64,000 nucleotides of DNA from Actinomycetota bacterium (GCA_029979265.1 JAPOHW010000013.1:8739-72738); one strand, 5' to 3'. Positions 48,153 through 60,217 are shown, counted from the stretch's first letter. The notes: a model not told the origin generated them from the letters alone. Translations and numbers: made by a program.

Positions 48153-49191
48153 TCACCTGGCGGTTCACCTCGCTGCGTTGTTCACGATTCGAGACGTCAC
48201 CCGGGGGTGGTCCGTCCAAGAGCGCCAGAGCAGCTGCACGCAGTTGCTCTGGTGGTGCCGTCGGATCGATGGAGGCCACGCCGTCACCCACATCGGCTGC
48301 CAACGACGCCATTTTCGGGGAATAGTCGAGCAGGAGCGCCCGTCGCCGAGTGAGAACGGCCGCCACTGCACCGTGATAACGCATCGAGATGACCAGCTGG
48401 CCCGACCCCATCAGATCGATCACGTCATCGGTTCGGGGTCGCACGATCTCGGTCGGCACGCGCAGCGCTGCGGCAACCGCCTCGTGGATGGCGTGGTCGT
48501 GGTCGCTGTCCCAGGTCACGAAACGGACGTCGAGCCCGGCCGACGTTGCGATGTCGTCGATGGCGGTGGCCCAGCTTCGAATCTGCGACGGTGCCGGTCC
48601 TGATTGCTCGGCCAGTCGTCGTTGCGAAGGTGAGTTCAGCGGTCGAAGTGAAACGACGAGATGGTTGGATGCGACGACGTCGCGAGCGGGCTGCGCAAGC
48701 ACCGGATCGATACCGAGGTCGAGGCGGAGGCCAGTCAACGCAACGAAACGATCGCCTGCATTCTCGTCTCGGACCGACCCTGCCACTGGATGTCGAGCGA
48801 CGGTGCGAACGAGGAGGCGGCCGAACGGGCGCCGAACGTCACCCACCCCGAGTCCGATCGCAGCCCACGGTCGGCGCAGGAGGCGCGCGGCCCCGAGGCG
48901 GGTGAGGTGAAAGGGAAGGTTGAGCGGCCCGGTTTCGTCTTGAATCAGGCCTCCACCACCGAAGAGCACCCCGTCGTGTCGGCGAAGTTCACGCAGCAGC
49001 CCGAACGTGTCGACTGCGCTCTCGTGCCGGATCCGATGTACCGGATCGGCGTGATCGGCGTCACCGATCGTGACCAGACTCGGCTCCCCTCCGGCTTCGT
49101 CGATCATCTGCACGACTCGTTCGGCGATCAGTTCGTCGCCGAGATTCGACGAACCGATCCAGCCGAGCACGGCGATGCGTGGCCGACTCAC
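48118..49191 (-). CDS. polysaccharide pyruvyl transferase (CsaB/WcaK-like)
   Basis: Only the 3' 1074 nt of the 870-aa track ORF is credible. GGAGGA lies upstream of GTG (complement of 49189-49191), giving VSRPRIAVLGWIGSSNLGDELIAERV. Later blocks are VLFGGGGLIQDETG and LVISMRYHGAVAA. Its 3' end overlaps the epimerase by 35 nt. Confidence 0.75.
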   Translation of the reverse strand: MSRPRIAVLGWIGSSNLGDELIAERVVQMIDEAGGEPSLVTIGDADHADPVHRIRHESAVDTFGLLRELRRHDGVLFGGGGLIQDETGPLNLPFHLTRLGAARLLRRPWAAIGLGVGDVRRPFGRLLVRTVARHPVAGSVRDENAGDRFVALTGLRLDLGIDPVLAQPARDVVASNHLVVSLRPLNSPSQRRLAEQSGPAPSQIRSWATAIDDIATSAGLDVRFVTWDSDHDHAIHEAVAAALRVPTEIVRPRTDDVIDLMGSGQLVISMRYHGAVAAVLTRRRALLLDYSPKMASLAADVGDGVASIDPTAPPEQLRAAALALLDGPPPGDVSNREQRSEVNRQVIRNLIAAASGR

Positions 49192-50045
49192 CTGTCCTCC
49201 GGTCCGATGCGAACGCCCACTGCGGCGACGATTGCGGCGGCAGGAAGCAAGATTCCGAGCCCAACGGCGCGATCGACAACTGCGATCACTGCCGCCTCGG
49301 CTCCACCGAGTCCCGAGATGGCGCCGAGGGCAGCAGCAAGCGACTCTCGAACACCAAGCCCGGCCGGGACGAACCCGACGGCTGCTGACGCTGGGCCGGC
49401 TGCTGCAAGTGCAGCTGTCTCTCGAACGGTGCCCGGAAGTGCCAGCATCGCTGCAACGGTAAGGAACCGAGCGATACCGACCAGCGTCAGCGTCAACTCT
49501 GTGGCGATGAGCAGCACGAGGTCGCGCGTGGAGCTGCCGCGTCGGCGAAGGAGGGTCAGGCCGGCAGCCAGCGAACCGCTTGCGCCTGCTGCAAACGCCG
49601 CAGCGATGAGCGGGGATGACCCTGCCAATCCCGCTCCGGCGATGAGGCCGGCAACACCGAGCCAGGCGAGCGCCCCACCGAAAAGCACTGCGGTGATGGT
49701 TGCTTTCGTTGCACCGGCGCGCTGCAGAACGACAAATCTCGTGATGGCCGAGCCAGGGATGGGAAGGAGATTGGCCGCAGCACCGATGACCGAAACGCCG
49801 AAGGCCGTTCGAGGCGAGATCTCGACACCGGTGATGCGGGCGAGGACGCGAAACTCTGCGGCGACGGTCGACAAGGTGCACAGGGCAAGCACCGTGAGCA
49901 CGATGAGCCAGGTCGGCGCAAAGCTGCCGCTGTCGAGCTCGGCGGAGCGGAAACCGAAGCTGGCGACGCCGATGAGCAAGAAGAAACCGACGGAGAATCC
50001 GACGATCCGCAGCGTCAGCGAGGAAAGCGATCGCGCGACTGCCAC
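49188..50045 (-). CDS. flippase-like polytopic membrane protein (UPF0104/LPG-synthase-TM-like)
   Basis: 285 aa with about eight TM helices. FVPAGLGVRESLAAAL resembles the P-G-G-L-G-x-x-E motif of that family. The stop overlaps the pyruvyl-transferase GTG (GTGA). Confidence 0.6.
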   Translation of the reverse strand: MAVARSLSSLTLRIVGFSVGFFLLIGVASFGFRSAELDSGSFAPTWLIVLTVLALCTLSTVAAEFRVLARITGVEISPRTAFGVSVIGAAANLLPIPGSAITRFVVLQRAGATKATITAVLFGGALAWLGVAGLIAGAGLAGSSPLIAAAFAAGASGSLAAGLTLLRRRGSSTRDLVLLIATELTLTLVGIARFLTVAAMLALPGTVRETAALAAAGPASAAVGFVPAGLGVRESLAAALGAISGLGGAEAAVIAVVDRAVGLGILLPAAAIVAAVGVRIGPEDR

Positions 50046-50111
50046 GAGCGGAGTGTAGGTGCGATGACACCACAGTCCGGCGAGAACGGACCGTTGCTAG
50101 CATGCCGGAAG

Positions 50112-52868
50112 ATGGCGGAACACCGAAGAACATCGGCCGACCGGGCCTGGTGGGCATGGGCTGTCTTCGGAGTCTGCACACTGGCCCTGCTGTTTCGTCC
50201 CCTGCTCGGCCTCGGTGCCCTTGTGCCGATCGACATCGCCGAGGTGTATGCGCCGTGGCGCTTCGACCCGCAGTCGGGCAACAGCGAGGTGGCGAACCCG
50301 TTGCTGTCGGACACGCTCGATGTTCACAGTCACTTTTCGTCGATGGCGAGCGACCTTCGTACCGGGAAGTGGGCGTTCTGGGATCGTTCCGTTGGGGGTG
50401 GGATACCGACGATGAAGGCGGGACTCCCCATCTTCCAGTGGGTCTATCTCGTCGTGCCTGCCTGGTATGCCCCCGGCCTTGCCGCTGCGGTTCGAACGAT
50501 GATGGCGGCCGGCTTGACGTTCGGCCTGACGCGACGACTGGGTCTGAGTCGCGCAGCGGCAACCGTGAGCGGGGTCGCCTATGCCCTGTCGGGCTACCTC
50601 GTCGGCTGGTCGGGCTGGCCCCAGGCAAACGTTGCAGCCCTGTTGCCGGGGATCTTCTGGTTCGCCGAGTCGGTGGCGCGCCGGCCCCGGCCACGACAGG
50701 CGGTCGGCTTCGGCCTCGTGCTTGCGGCAATGGTGTGGGCGAACTTTCCGGTGGTCACGGTGTATGGCCTCCTGTTCGGTGCCGTCTACGCCCTCGCTCG
50801 ACTCTGGGCGAATCGTCCGGCCGATCGATCGGCAGGGACGTGGTGGCGAGCGGTCGCTGTCGCCGGCTGGGGCGCAGTGCTCGGAGTTGGTCTTGCCAGC
50901 TACCACGTTGCCCACTTCGCACAGAATCTGCGGTGGGCTGATACGGGGGCTCGTCAACGACTTCCCGCAGACACCTCGATCGGGGCCGAGTTTCTGCCCG
51001 GTGTGGTGGTTCCCACTCCCTACGGGTCGACCCACGACGGTGGCGTCTTTTGGGCCTCGGGTCAGAACTGGGTGGAGACGCAGTCCTATGCGGGCGTCAC
51101 CGTCATCGTGCTCGCGCTTGTGGCACTCGCCCACCGTAGGCCCGGTCGCACCGGCCCGACCACCGCCATGGGGGGGATTGCTCGCACGTGGTGGGTCATC
51201 GTCATCGTGGCCCTCTGGATCTCGTATGTCGGAGGACCGCTCACCGAGGTCGTGAACTCCCTTCCACTTGTTCGATACAGCACTGTCGGTCGGGCACGGG
51301 TTGTTGCCAATCTGGGGCTGGCTGTGCTGGCCGGTCTCGGAATCGAAGCCTGGCGTCGGGGACGGGTGAACCATCCCGACGTGGATCTGGTGCAGGGCAT
51401 TCGTCGGGCAGTGCTGGCGTCGCTTGCCGGTGGGCTCGTCTGCGCCCCCTTCGTCTTGTCGTGGTTGCGGATCACCCGGGAAGCCGGAGCTGTCAAAGAG
51501 ACGGTGGTGGGCATGCTCGTTCCACTGGCGTTTGGTTGTGCCGCCGCGGCGACACTGTGGTTCGTCCTTCGACGCCGGCTGCCTGACAGCTTGGCGGTCT
51601 CGTTCGTCACGCTCCTCGTCGCAGTCGAACTGCTCGTAGGTCTCGGTTCGGTGGCGACGATCGTGAGAAAAGAGTCGGTCGACCTGCGTACCTCAGCGCA
51701 CGAGGTCGCCATCGAAGCGCTCCGTCCCGGCGAGCGGATGAATGCCGAGGGGCGCGTCTTTCTTGCCAATGCAGGTCAGACCGTCGGTCTCGACGACGTC
51801 CGTACCAACGGGTTTCTTCCACCCGGCTGGCGGGAGGTGTTCAAGGCGCTCGACGACGACCACTTCCTGCCACCAGGAACGGTGGCCAACCCGTACTTCT
51901 CCGATGTCGACATCCGGAGCGAAGCACTGGCCCGCTTGGGAGTCGGGGTGTGGGCTGCCGACCCGCACACACCTGCGAAGGGTCTTCGAGTCGCCGTTCC
52001 CGACGACGGTGACCATCTCGCCCTCGACCGGGCCCGTGATGGATCTGCAGTCGGCGTCGTGCCCGACTCGGGCCTGCGGGCCGTGACCGTGGACGTCGTC
52101 GAACCTGCACGGGGTTCGATCGACGTGGAAATCCGAGCGGGGGAGCGGGTTGTGTTCGGTTCGGCCCGTATCGATGACCACATCGGGCCGGTCGATCTCG
52201 TGGTCGTCGGTGAGTTGTTCGATTCGGGCCGCACGTTCACGGCACGCTTTGCGTTCCGAGCCGATCCGGAGTCGAGATCGGTACCGGTGGTTCGTGCTGA
52301 CGGGGAAGACGTCTCCTTCGGCACCGTCACCGGCGGAGATGGCTGGGTTGTCGTCCATGGTGGCGACGTCGTCTTGTACGACCGGATCGAGGATGTCGGG
52401 GTTCGTCTGTCCCATGCAGCGCAAGAGGTCGAGCGGACAACGGTGGCAGACCACCTTGCTCGCCGCGATATTGCGCTCGTCGAGCCGGGGATTGCTGCGA
52501 GGCTTGCGTTGCCTTCGGCTGTCCCCGATGGCGTCGACGCATCGGCGCACGTGCTGCGCGCCGATCGCGATACGACCGTCATCGACGTCGACACGACGCA
52601 TCCGGCTCTGGTCGTTCTGCCGAATCCTGACTACCCAGGATGGTCGGTGACGGTGGACGGCGAACGGGCCGAGGTTGTTCGCGTCGACAACGCCTTCCAG
52701 GGGGTTCTCGTGCCTGAAGGGCGATCACGCGTCGAGTTCGGTTTCCGTCCGTCATTCCTTGGACTCACGTCCTCGCTCACGCTGCTGGCACTTGTGGCGT
52801 CGGTGGTGACCTGGTGGGTCGGAGGCAACCTGGGTGAGCGTCGCCGGAAGTCTGCGTCGGAGGGTTGA
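50112..52868 (+). CDS. large polytopic membrane protein, YfhO/GT-C-like putative glycosyltransferase
   Basis: ORF 50064..52868 trimmed to ATG 50112 ([19 protein letters not shown]...). It has about 12 N-terminal TM helices, a ~400-aa extracytoplasmic domain and one terminal TM helix ([17 protein letters not shown]). This architecture is typical of YfhO-type GT-C enzymes. The call rests on architecture, not strong motifs. Confidence 0.55.
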   Translation: MAEHRRTSADRAWWAWAVFGVCTLALLFRPLLGLGALVPIDIAEVYAPWRFDPQSGNSEVANPLLSDTLDVHSHFSSMASDLRTGKWAFWDRSVGGGIPTMKAGLPIFQWVYLVVPAWYAPGLAAAVRTMMAAGLTFGLTRRLGLSRAAATVSGVAYALSGYLVGWSGWPQANVAALLPGIFWFAESVARRPRPRQAVGFGLVLAAMVWANFPVVTVYGLLFGAVYALARLWANRPADRSAGTWWRAVAVAGWGAVLGVGLASYHVAHFAQNLRWADTGARQRLPADTSIGAEFLPGVVVPTPYGSTHDGGVFWASGQNWVETQSYAGVTVIVLALVALAHRRPGRTGPTTAMGGIARTWWVIVIVALWISYVGGPLTEVVNSLPLVRYSTVGRARVVANLGLAVLAGLGIEAWRRGRVNHPDVDLVQGIRRAVLASLAGGLVCAPFVLSWLRITREAGAVKETVVGMLVPLAFGCAAAATLWFVLRRRLPDSLAVSFVTLLVAVELLVGLGSVATIVRKESVDLRTSAHEVAIEALRPGERMNAEGRVFLANAGQTVGLDDVRTNGFLPPGWREVFKALDDDHFLPPGTVANPYFSDVDIRSEALARLGVGVWAADPHTPAKGLRVAVPDDGDHLALDRARDGSAVGVVPDSGLRAVTVDVVEPARGSIDVEIRAGERVVFGSARIDDHIGPVDLVVVGELFDSGRTFTARFAFRADPESRSVPVVRADGEDVSFGTVTGGDGWVVVHGGDVVLYDRIEDVGVRLSHAAQEVERTTVADHLARRDIALVEPGIAARLALPSAVPDGVDASAHVLRADRDTTVIDVDTTHPALVVLPNPDYPGWSVTVDGERAEVVRVDNAFQGVLVPEGRSRVEFGFRPSFLGLTSSLTLLALVASVVTWWVGGNLGERRRKSASEG

Positions 52869-52893
52869 GGTTCCCCTCCCTGCCTCGTATGCT
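52865..52893 (+). promoter_or_regulatory. candidate promoter of the rpsL-rpsG-fusA-tuf-rpsJ operon
   Basis: TTGAGG (52865-52870, overlapping the upstream stop codon), 17-nt spacer, TATGCT (52888-52893). Pattern match only. Confidence 0.35.
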
Positions 52894-52983
52894 TTTGCGC
52901 TGGCCTCGACGCGCGTGCCGCGGGCACCGCTGTGTCGGCCAAGAGAAGTTCTCCCACGTTTCGTTCAACCAGGAAGCATTTTC

Positions 52984-53355
52984 GTGCCCACCATTCAGCA
53001 GCTGGTCCGCAAGGGCCGAGACACCAAGCGTCGCAAAGAAGCCACTCCGGCGCTCAAGGGGGCGCCCCAGCGCCGCGGTGTCTGCACCCGTGTGTACACC
53101 GCCACCCCGAAGAAGCCGAATTCTGCGCTTCGCAAGGTTGCCCGTGTCCGTCTGACCTCCGGTACCGAAGTCACCGCTTACATCCCGGGTGAGGGCCACA
53201 ACCTCCAGGAGCACTCGATCGTGCTCGTGCGTGGCGGTCGTGTGAAAGACCTTCCGGGTGTGCGCTACAAGATCGTCCGCGGCACGCTCGACACGTCGGG
53301 TGTTCGTGACCGTAAGCAGGCTCGAAGCCGCTACGGCGTCAAGAAAGAAGGCTGA
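52984..53355 (+). CDS. rpsL: 30S ribosomal protein S12
   Basis: ORF 52834..53355 trimmed to GTG 52984: (M)[54 protein letters not shown]... Confidence 0.95.
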   Translation: MPTIQQLVRKGRDTKRRKEATPALKGAPQRRGVCTRVYTATPKKPNSALRKVARVRLTSGTEVTAYIPGEGHNLQEHSIVLVRGGRVKDLPGVRYKIVRGTLDTSGVRDRKQARSRYGVKKEG

Positions 53356-53357
53356 CG

Positions 53358-53828
53358 ATGCCGCGCAAGGGCCCAGCACAGCGCCGCGAAATCGTTCCGG
53401 ACCCGATCTACAAGTCGGTTCTGGTCACCCAATTCGTGAACAAGATTCTGCAGCGCGGCAAGCGCAGCACTGCCGAGCGAATCATGTACGACGCACTCGA
53501 ACTCGTGCAGGAGAAAACCGGTGACGATCCGGTCGCAGTGCTCAAGCGTGCGGTCGACAACGTCCGTCCCCAACTCGAGGTCCGTAGCCGCCGTGTCGGT
53601 GGCGCAACGTACCAGGTGCCCGTCGAAGTGCGACCCCGTCGTGCCACCACGCTCTCCATCCGCTGGATGGTCGGCTTCGCCCGTGACCGTCGTGAGCGCA
53701 CGATGGCCGAGCGCATGGCCAACGAGATCCTCGACGCGAGCAACGGCATCGGCGCGAGCTGCAAGCGCCGAGAAGATCTGCAGAAGATGGCCGAGGCGAA
53801 CAAGGCCTTTGCCCACTACCGCTGGTAG
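53358..53828 (+). CDS. rpsG: 30S ribosomal protein S7
   Basis: [42 protein letters not shown]...AFAHYRW. Confidence 0.95.
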   Translation: MPRKGPAQRREIVPDPIYKSVLVTQFVNKILQRGKRSTAERIMYDALELVQEKTGDDPVAVLKRAVDNVRPQLEVRSRRVGGATYQVPVEVRPRRATTLSIRWMVGFARDRRERTMAERMANEILDASNGIGASCKRREDLQKMAEANKAFAHYRW

Positions 53829-53953
53829 CGGATACCTCGGTATTCGCACCTCCGAGCACTACCCTTTTCCGACGACCGGGCGTGACGCTTCAGCCGAAGC
53901 AGCCCGGTCGTGGTGCGTCTTTGCACCGCCCCCCACCCACTTGAGGAATACCC

Positions 53954-56056
53954 ATGGCTGAGAAGCGAACCCCCCTCGCCAAGACCCGCAACATCGGGAT
54001 CATGGCCCACATCGACGCCGGCAAGACGACCACGACCGAGCGGATCCTGTACTACACCGGTCGCTCCTACAAGATCGGTGAGGTCCACGACGGCGCAGCG
54101 ACGATGGACTGGATGGAGCAGGAGCAGGAGCGAGGCATCACGATCACGTCGGCTGCGACGCACTGCATCTGGAACGACCACCGGATCAACATCATCGACA
54201 CCCCGGGCCACGTCGACTTCACCGTAGAGGTCGAGCGCTCACTGCGCGTGCTCGACGGTGCCGTTGCGGTCTTCGACGGTGTCGCCGGTGTCGAGCCCCA
54301 GACCGAGACGGTGTGGCGACAGGCAGACCGTTATCGGGTGCCGCGGATGTGTTTCGTGAACAAGATGGACCGCACCGGTGCCGACTTCTACTTCTGTCTC
54401 AGCACGATCAAGGAACGTCTGACCGAGAACGTGCTCGTCCTGCAGCTGCCGATCGGCGCCGAAGGCGACTACGCCGGCACCGTCGACCTCGTGAAGATGA
54501 AGGCCCTGGTCTGGCCGGCTGCCACCGACGAAAAAGACCTCGGTGCCACCTACGACGAGGTCGACATCCCGGCCGAGCTTGCCGATGATGCAGAGCAGTA
54601 CCGGGCCGAACTGCTCGACTCGCTCGCCGACCTCGACGAGGACCTCATGATGAAGGTGCTCGAGGAAGAGGAGATCACCGAGGAAGAGATCAAGGCCGCC
54701 ATCCGCAACGCCACGCTCAATCACGGCATGGTGCCGATTCTCAACGGCACCGCCTTCAAGAACAAGGGTGTCCAGCCGCTGCTCGACGCCGTGATCGACT
54801 ATCTCCCGTCACCGCTCGATGTTCCGCCCGTCAGCGGCGAGAACCCTCGCAGCGGCGAAGAACTGCAGCGCAAGGCCGACGACTCCGAGCCGTTCGCTGC
54901 ACTTGCCTTCAAGATCATGACCGATCCACACGTGGGGCGCCTCACCTACTTCCGCGTGTACTCCGGCAAGCTCGACAAAGGCGAACAGGTCCTCAACACC
55001 CGCACCTCCAACAAGGAGCGCGTCGGGCGGATCCTCGAGATGCACGCCAACGATCGGGTCGACAAGGACGCAGTGTTCACCGGCGACATCGCCGCCGGTA
55101 TCGGTATCAAGAACACCCGCACCGGCGACACCCTGTGCGACCCGTCGAATCCGATCACGCTGGAGAACCTCGACTTCCCCGACCCCGTGATCCATGTGGC
55201 CGTTGAGCCGAAGTCGAAGGCTGATCAGGAGAAGATGGGCAAGGCCCTCCAGGCGCTTGCCGAAGAGGACCCGACCTTCCAGGTCCGAACCGATGAAGAG
55301 ACTGCGCAGACGATCATCGCCGGCATGGGCGAGTTGCACCTCGAGGTGCTCGTCGATCGGATGATGCGGGAGTTCAAGGTCGAGGCCACGGTGGGCAAGC
55401 CGCAGGTTGCCTACCGTGAGACGATCACGCAGTCGGTTGTCGACCACACCTACACCCACAAAAAGCAGACGGGTGGTACCGGTCAGTTCGCCGTCATCCA
55501 GGCGACGATGGAGCCCTATGCCGAAGGCGAAGAGGAATACGCCTTCGAGTCACAGATCACCGGTGGTGCCATTCCGAAGGAGTACATCAAGCCGGTCGAT
55601 GACGGGATCAGGGAGGCCATGAGCAACGGCGTTCTCGCCGGCTTCCCGACCGTCAACATCAAAGTCACCCTCACCGACGGCAAGACGCACGACGTCGACT
55701 CGTCGGAGATGGCGTTCAAGATCGCCGGTAACGCGTGGTTCCGCGAGGTCGCTCCTCGCTGCAAGCCCACGCTGTTGGAGCCGATGATGGGCGTCGAAGT
55801 CGTCACTCCCGACGATTATCTCGGCGACGTCGTCGGCGACATGAACTCTCGCCGCGGGCAGGTGCAGGGCACCGAGCAGCGCGGCCAGAACCAAGTCGTG
55901 AATGCACTCGTGCCGCTCTCCGAGATGTTCGGATACAGTACGGATCTGCGTTCACGCACGCAGGGGCGGGCGACGTACACGATGCAATTCGATTCGTACC
56001 AACCCACGCCTGCAAACGTCCAGGAAGAGATCGTCGCCCGCGTCCGCGGCGAGTGA
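53954..56056 (+). CDS. fusA: translation elongation factor G
   Basis: 700 aa. [24 protein letters not shown] and [22 protein letters not shown] are present. Confidence 0.97.
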   Translation: MAEKRTPLAKTRNIGIMAHIDAGKTTTTERILYYTGRSYKIGEVHDGAATMDWMEQEQERGITITSAATHCIWNDHRINIIDTPGHVDFTVEVERSLRVLDGAVAVFDGVAGVEPQTETVWRQADRYRVPRMCFVNKMDRTGADFYFCLSTIKERLTENVLVLQLPIGAEGDYAGTVDLVKMKALVWPAATDEKDLGATYDEVDIPAELADDAEQYRAELLDSLADLDEDLMMKVLEEEEITEEEIKAAIRNATLNHGMVPILNGTAFKNKGVQPLLDAVIDYLPSPLDVPPVSGENPRSGEELQRKADDSEPFAALAFKIMTDPHVGRLTYFRVYSGKLDKGEQVLNTRTSNKERVGRILEMHANDRVDKDAVFTGDIAAGIGIKNTRTGDTLCDPSNPITLENLDFPDPVIHVAVEPKSKADQEKMGKALQALAEEDPTFQVRTDEETAQTIIAGMGELHLEVLVDRMMREFKVEATVGKPQVAYRETITQSVVDHTYTHKKQTGGTGQFAVIQATMEPYAEGEEEYAFESQITGGAIPKEYIKPVDDGIREAMSNGVLAGFPTVNIKVTLTDGKTHDVDSSEMAFKIAGNAWFREVAPRCKPTLLEPMMGVEVVTPDDYLGDVVGDMNSRRGQVQGTEQRGQNQVVNALVPLSEMFGYSTDLRSRTQGRATYTMQFDSYQPTPANVQEEIVARVRGE

Positions 56057-56101
56057 TCGTCTCCTCACACCAACCTCACAGAAGAAAGCAAGGAAAACGT
56101 C

Positions 56102-57289
<1,188 letters not shown>

Positions 57290-57296
57290 GCGTTTG

Positions 57297-57617
57297 ATGG
57301 CTGCAGGACAGAAGATCCGGATCCGGCTCAAGGCCTACGACCACGAAATCATCGATCAGTCGACGAAGAAGATCGTCGAGACGGTGAAGCGGACGCAGGC
57401 CGAACTGTCGGGTCCGATCCCGCTGCCGACCGAGAAGCATCGCTTCACGGTGATCAAGTCGCCGTTCAAGGACAAGGACTCCCGGGAGCATTTCGAGATG
57501 CGCATCCACAAGCGCCTACTCGACATTCTGGATCCGTCGCCGAAGACGGTCGACTCGTTGCAGCGGCTCGATCTGCCTGCGGGTGTCGATATCGAGATCA
57601 AGATTCAACAGGCCTAG
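57297..57617 (+). CDS. rpsJ: 30S ribosomal protein S10
   Basis: ORF 57258..57617 trimmed to ATG 57297, 7 nt after the tuf stop: [47 protein letters not shown]... Confidence 0.95.
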   Translation: MAAGQKIRIRLKAYDHEIIDQSTKKIVETVKRTQAELSGPIPLPTEKHRFTVIKSPFKDKDSREHFEMRIHKRLLDILDPSPKTVDSLQRLDLPAGVDIEIKIQQA

Positions 57618-57664
57618 TGCCGAAGAACCGTCGGGCTTCGGTCTGACGCAGATCTGTCGAATGT

Positions 57665-57707
57665 CAGAGGAGTCCCGGAGCCCTGTCCGGGGCTCCTCTG
57701 CGTTTTT
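57665..57707 (+). terminator. strong rho-independent terminator immediately after rpsJ
   Basis: 14-bp stem CAGAGGAGTCCCGG / CCGGGGCTCCTCTG (one G-U pair) with an 8-nt loop, followed by CGTTTTT. Confidence 0.7.
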
Positions 57708-57848
57708 GGTTGCTGTGGGCTGAGCCTGCTGCGGAGCAACTGCGGTGTCAGGCACCAACGTGCACGACGCCCTGGGAGGGGTTGGGCGTCAACCCATCGG
57801 TGATTTCTTCCTATGCTGAGGGGCACTCGACATCAGCCCGGGGGGTGC

Positions 57849-58955
57849 ATGATGACCAAGCGACGAGCACAGATCACGGGCTGGGGCAAGTGCGTCCCGC
57901 CTGTGAAGCTGACCAACGCCGCCCTCGAGCAATTGGTCGATACGAGCGATGAGTGGATCGTCGAGCGCACCGGCATGAAGGAGCGCGGCATCAGCCATGT
58001 CGAGGTCACCGATCTTGCCGAGGTTGCCGCCAAACATGCGCTTGCAGCGGCCGGACTCGACGTGACCGACATCGACCTGTTGGTCATGGCGACGGTCACC
58101 CCCGAAATCACGTGCCCGAGCAACGCCTGCTTCCTGCAGGAGCGTCTCGGACTCGTGAACGCCGCTGCCTTCGATCTGAACGCTGCGTGTAGTGGATTCG
58201 TCTACAGCACGGCGACTGTCGCCTCGATGATCGAGTCGGGTGTGGCCGAGCGGGTGCTTGTGATCGGTGCCGAGAAACTCCACTTCGTCATGGATTACTG
58301 GGACCGCAACCACTGCATCCTGTTCGGCGACGGAGCGGGAGCTGCAGTGTTCGAGGCCGCCACCGACGGCTCGGGTCTCGTGGCCCATGACATCGGGGCC
58401 GACGGTGTCGCCGGGCGCACGATGGTGTTTCCGACGTTCGGGAGTCGGGGAGAACTCGATCGCCAGCGCGACCCGGCTGTCGACCGCTTGCACTTCGAAG
58501 GGCAGAACGTGTTCAAGCACGCAGTGCGGGGCATGGCCGCTTCGGTGGAGCGTGCGCTGGAGAAGGCTGCACTGACCCCCGGCGATGTCGATCTGGTGAT
58601 CCCTCACCAGGCGAACCGACGCATCATCGAAGCCACCACCAGCCGACTCGGGATCCCCGACGACAAGGTCATGCTCAACATCGAGACCCACGGCAACACC
58701 TCGGCCGCCTCGATTCCGATGGCACTGCACGATGCCTTGGCCCAGGGCCGCATCGAGCCCGGTATGACCATCGTGCAGACGGCGTTCGGGGGTGGGCTCA
58801 CGTGGGGCACCAACGTCATGAGATGGGGTGATCGGGTCGAACCGATCGCAACCTCCGACGCAGATCTGCCGCCCACCGACAAGACCGTCTTCGATCTGCT
58901 TGCCCCGAACCGCGAGTTCTTCGCGCCGTTCCACGGTACGACTCACCTGACCTGA
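57849..58955 (+). CDS. fabH: 3-oxoacyl-ACP synthase III (FabH/KAS III family) with ~40-aa C-terminal extension
   Basis: ORF 57813..58955 trimmed to ATG 57849. ITGWGKCVPPVKLTNAALEQLVDTSDEWIVERTGMKER is present. The catalytic triad context is AACSGFVYS (Cys), IPHQANRRI (His) and HGNTSAASIP (Asn). The sequence continues about 40 aa past the usual GGGLTWG end. Confidence 0.85.
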   Translation: MMTKRRAQITGWGKCVPPVKLTNAALEQLVDTSDEWIVERTGMKERGISHVEVTDLAEVAAKHALAAAGLDVTDIDLLVMATVTPEITCPSNACFLQERLGLVNAAAFDLNAACSGFVYSTATVASMIESGVAERVLVIGAEKLHFVMDYWDRNHCILFGDGAGAAVFEAATDGSGLVAHDIGADGVAGRTMVFPTFGSRGELDRQRDPAVDRLHFEGQNVFKHAVRGMAASVERALEKAALTPGDVDLVIPHQANRRIIEATTSRLGIPDDKVMLNIETHGNTSAASIPMALHDALAQGRIEPGMTIVQTAFGGGLTWGTNVMRWGDRVEPIATSDADLPPTDKTVFDLLAPNREFFAPFHGTTHLT

Positions 58956-59013
58956 TCGCGGTTGTCGGCAAGCCCGGTTGGCTGGCATGGCTCGGGTGGT
59001 GATGGAGGTGAAC

Positions 59014-60177
59014 TCAGCCGGGCCGTCGGCGGCGGCCGCGGCGTTCGGCGCTCTCGGCCAGCGTGTCCTCGGCGACATCGAAGTGCTGGCGATACCCCGA
59101 CACGAACGCCTGAGTCGTGGCAGCGAAGGGCAGGGCGAGGAGCGCACCCACAACGCCAAGCAGCGCGCCACCTGCGATCACCGATCCGTAGGCGACAGCA
59201 ACGTGGATCTCCATCGTCTCGGCCGTGACCCGCGGCGCAAAGAGATAGTTCTCGAGTTGTTGGTAGGCGATCACGACGACAAGAACGCCGAGCGCCGTTC
59301 GAGGATTGTCGACCAGGGTGATCAGCAGCGGGAGCGCACCGGCGAAGTACGTGCCGATGACGGGGATGAATTGGCTCATCACCCCCACCCAGATTGCCAG
59401 GGGCACGGGGAAGGGAACACCGAGGATCGTGAAGGCGATGTAGTGCACCGCTGCCGACAGCACGGCGAGAATACCGCGGGAGGAGATGTAGCCGCCTGTC
59501 TTCTCGATGGCGAGATCCCACACGGCGAGCACCGTGCGCTGACGATGCGGTTGGAGGAAGGAGCAGACGTTCCGGCGGAGCTGCGGACCCTCTGCCACCA
59601 GATAGAAGGTGAACAGCAGCACCGTGAAGGTCTGGAACACGACATTGAGGACTGACGTGCCGAGCGAGACGACGTCGTCGGCAAAGCGGGTGGCCAGATC
59701 CGACACACCTCCACCGTCGACGAACTCGTCGCTCACTTGCTGTAGATCGATGTCCTCGTCGATGTTGTTCTGCAGCCAACCCTCCATGTCGTCGAGGTAG
59801 CGGGGCGCTTCCTCGACCAGGCTGTTGATCTGGGTTGCCAGCGCAGTGCCGATCGCTGCCGAGAATCCGACCGTTGCGAAGAACAGGCAGAGATAGACGA
59901 TCCAGACCCCCAACCCTCGCCGTAGTCCCCACCCTTCGAGGCGATTCACCGCAGGTTCGATGGCGAACGACAGGAACAGCGAGATCAACATGACGACGAG
60001 AAGCGCTCGAAGATTCCGGACCATGCCGGTGCCGATGTAGGTGACCGCCCAGCCGATCCAGAACAGAGCGATTGCCTTGATCACCCATCTCGGTACCTTG
60101 CTGCTCTGGCGGTGATCGACGTCCGTGTTGGACCCGGGTGGGCTGTCGTGAGCGTCGGGCGGATATTCCGGGTCCAT
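59014..60177 (-). CDS. AI-2E family transporter (PerM/UPF0118) membrane protein
   Basis: ORF 59014..60537 trimmed to ATG at 60177 (MDPEYPPDAH...). It has about eight TM helices. FIPVIGTYFAGALPLLITL and VVIAYQQLENYLFAPRV are typical of the family. Confidence 0.8.
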   Translation of the reverse strand: MDPEYPPDAHDSPPGSNTDVDHRQSSKVPRWVIKAIALFWIGWAVTYIGTGMVRNLRALLVVMLISLFLSFAIEPAVNRLEGWGLRRGLGVWIVYLCLFFATVGFSAAIGTALATQINSLVEEAPRYLDDMEGWLQNNIDEDIDLQQVSDEFVDGGGVSDLATRFADDVVSLGTSVLNVVFQTFTVLLFTFYLVAEGPQLRRNVCSFLQPHRQRTVLAVWDLAIEKTGGYISSRGILAVLSAAVHYIAFTILGVPFPVPLAIWVGVMSQFIPVIGTYFAGALPLLITLVDNPRTALGVLVVVIAYQQLENYLFAPRVTAETMEIHVAVAYGSVIAGGALLGVVGALLALPFAATTQAFVSGYRQHFDVAEDTLAESAERRGRRRRPG

Positions 60178-60217
60178 GACTGCCGAACCTAGTCTGCGTT
60201 TTCTCCCGTGCGAGCCG

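Noticed and set aside
49192-50730. The upstream ~510 codons of the 870-aa minus-strand ORF 48118..50730.
   Set aside because: Only the last 358 codons (a pyruvyl transferase starting at GTG 49191 with a GGAGGA SD) look like a protein. The upstream part is R/P/S-rich. It overlaps, in another frame, a clear polytopic membrane protein (49188-50045) and the start of the YfhO-like gene on the other strand.
57789-57817. TCAACC-N17-TATGCT as a promoter for fabH.
   Set aside because: The -10 is acceptable and identical to the candidate rpsL -10, but the -35 matches only 3/6. It was left out of the feature list as unsupported.
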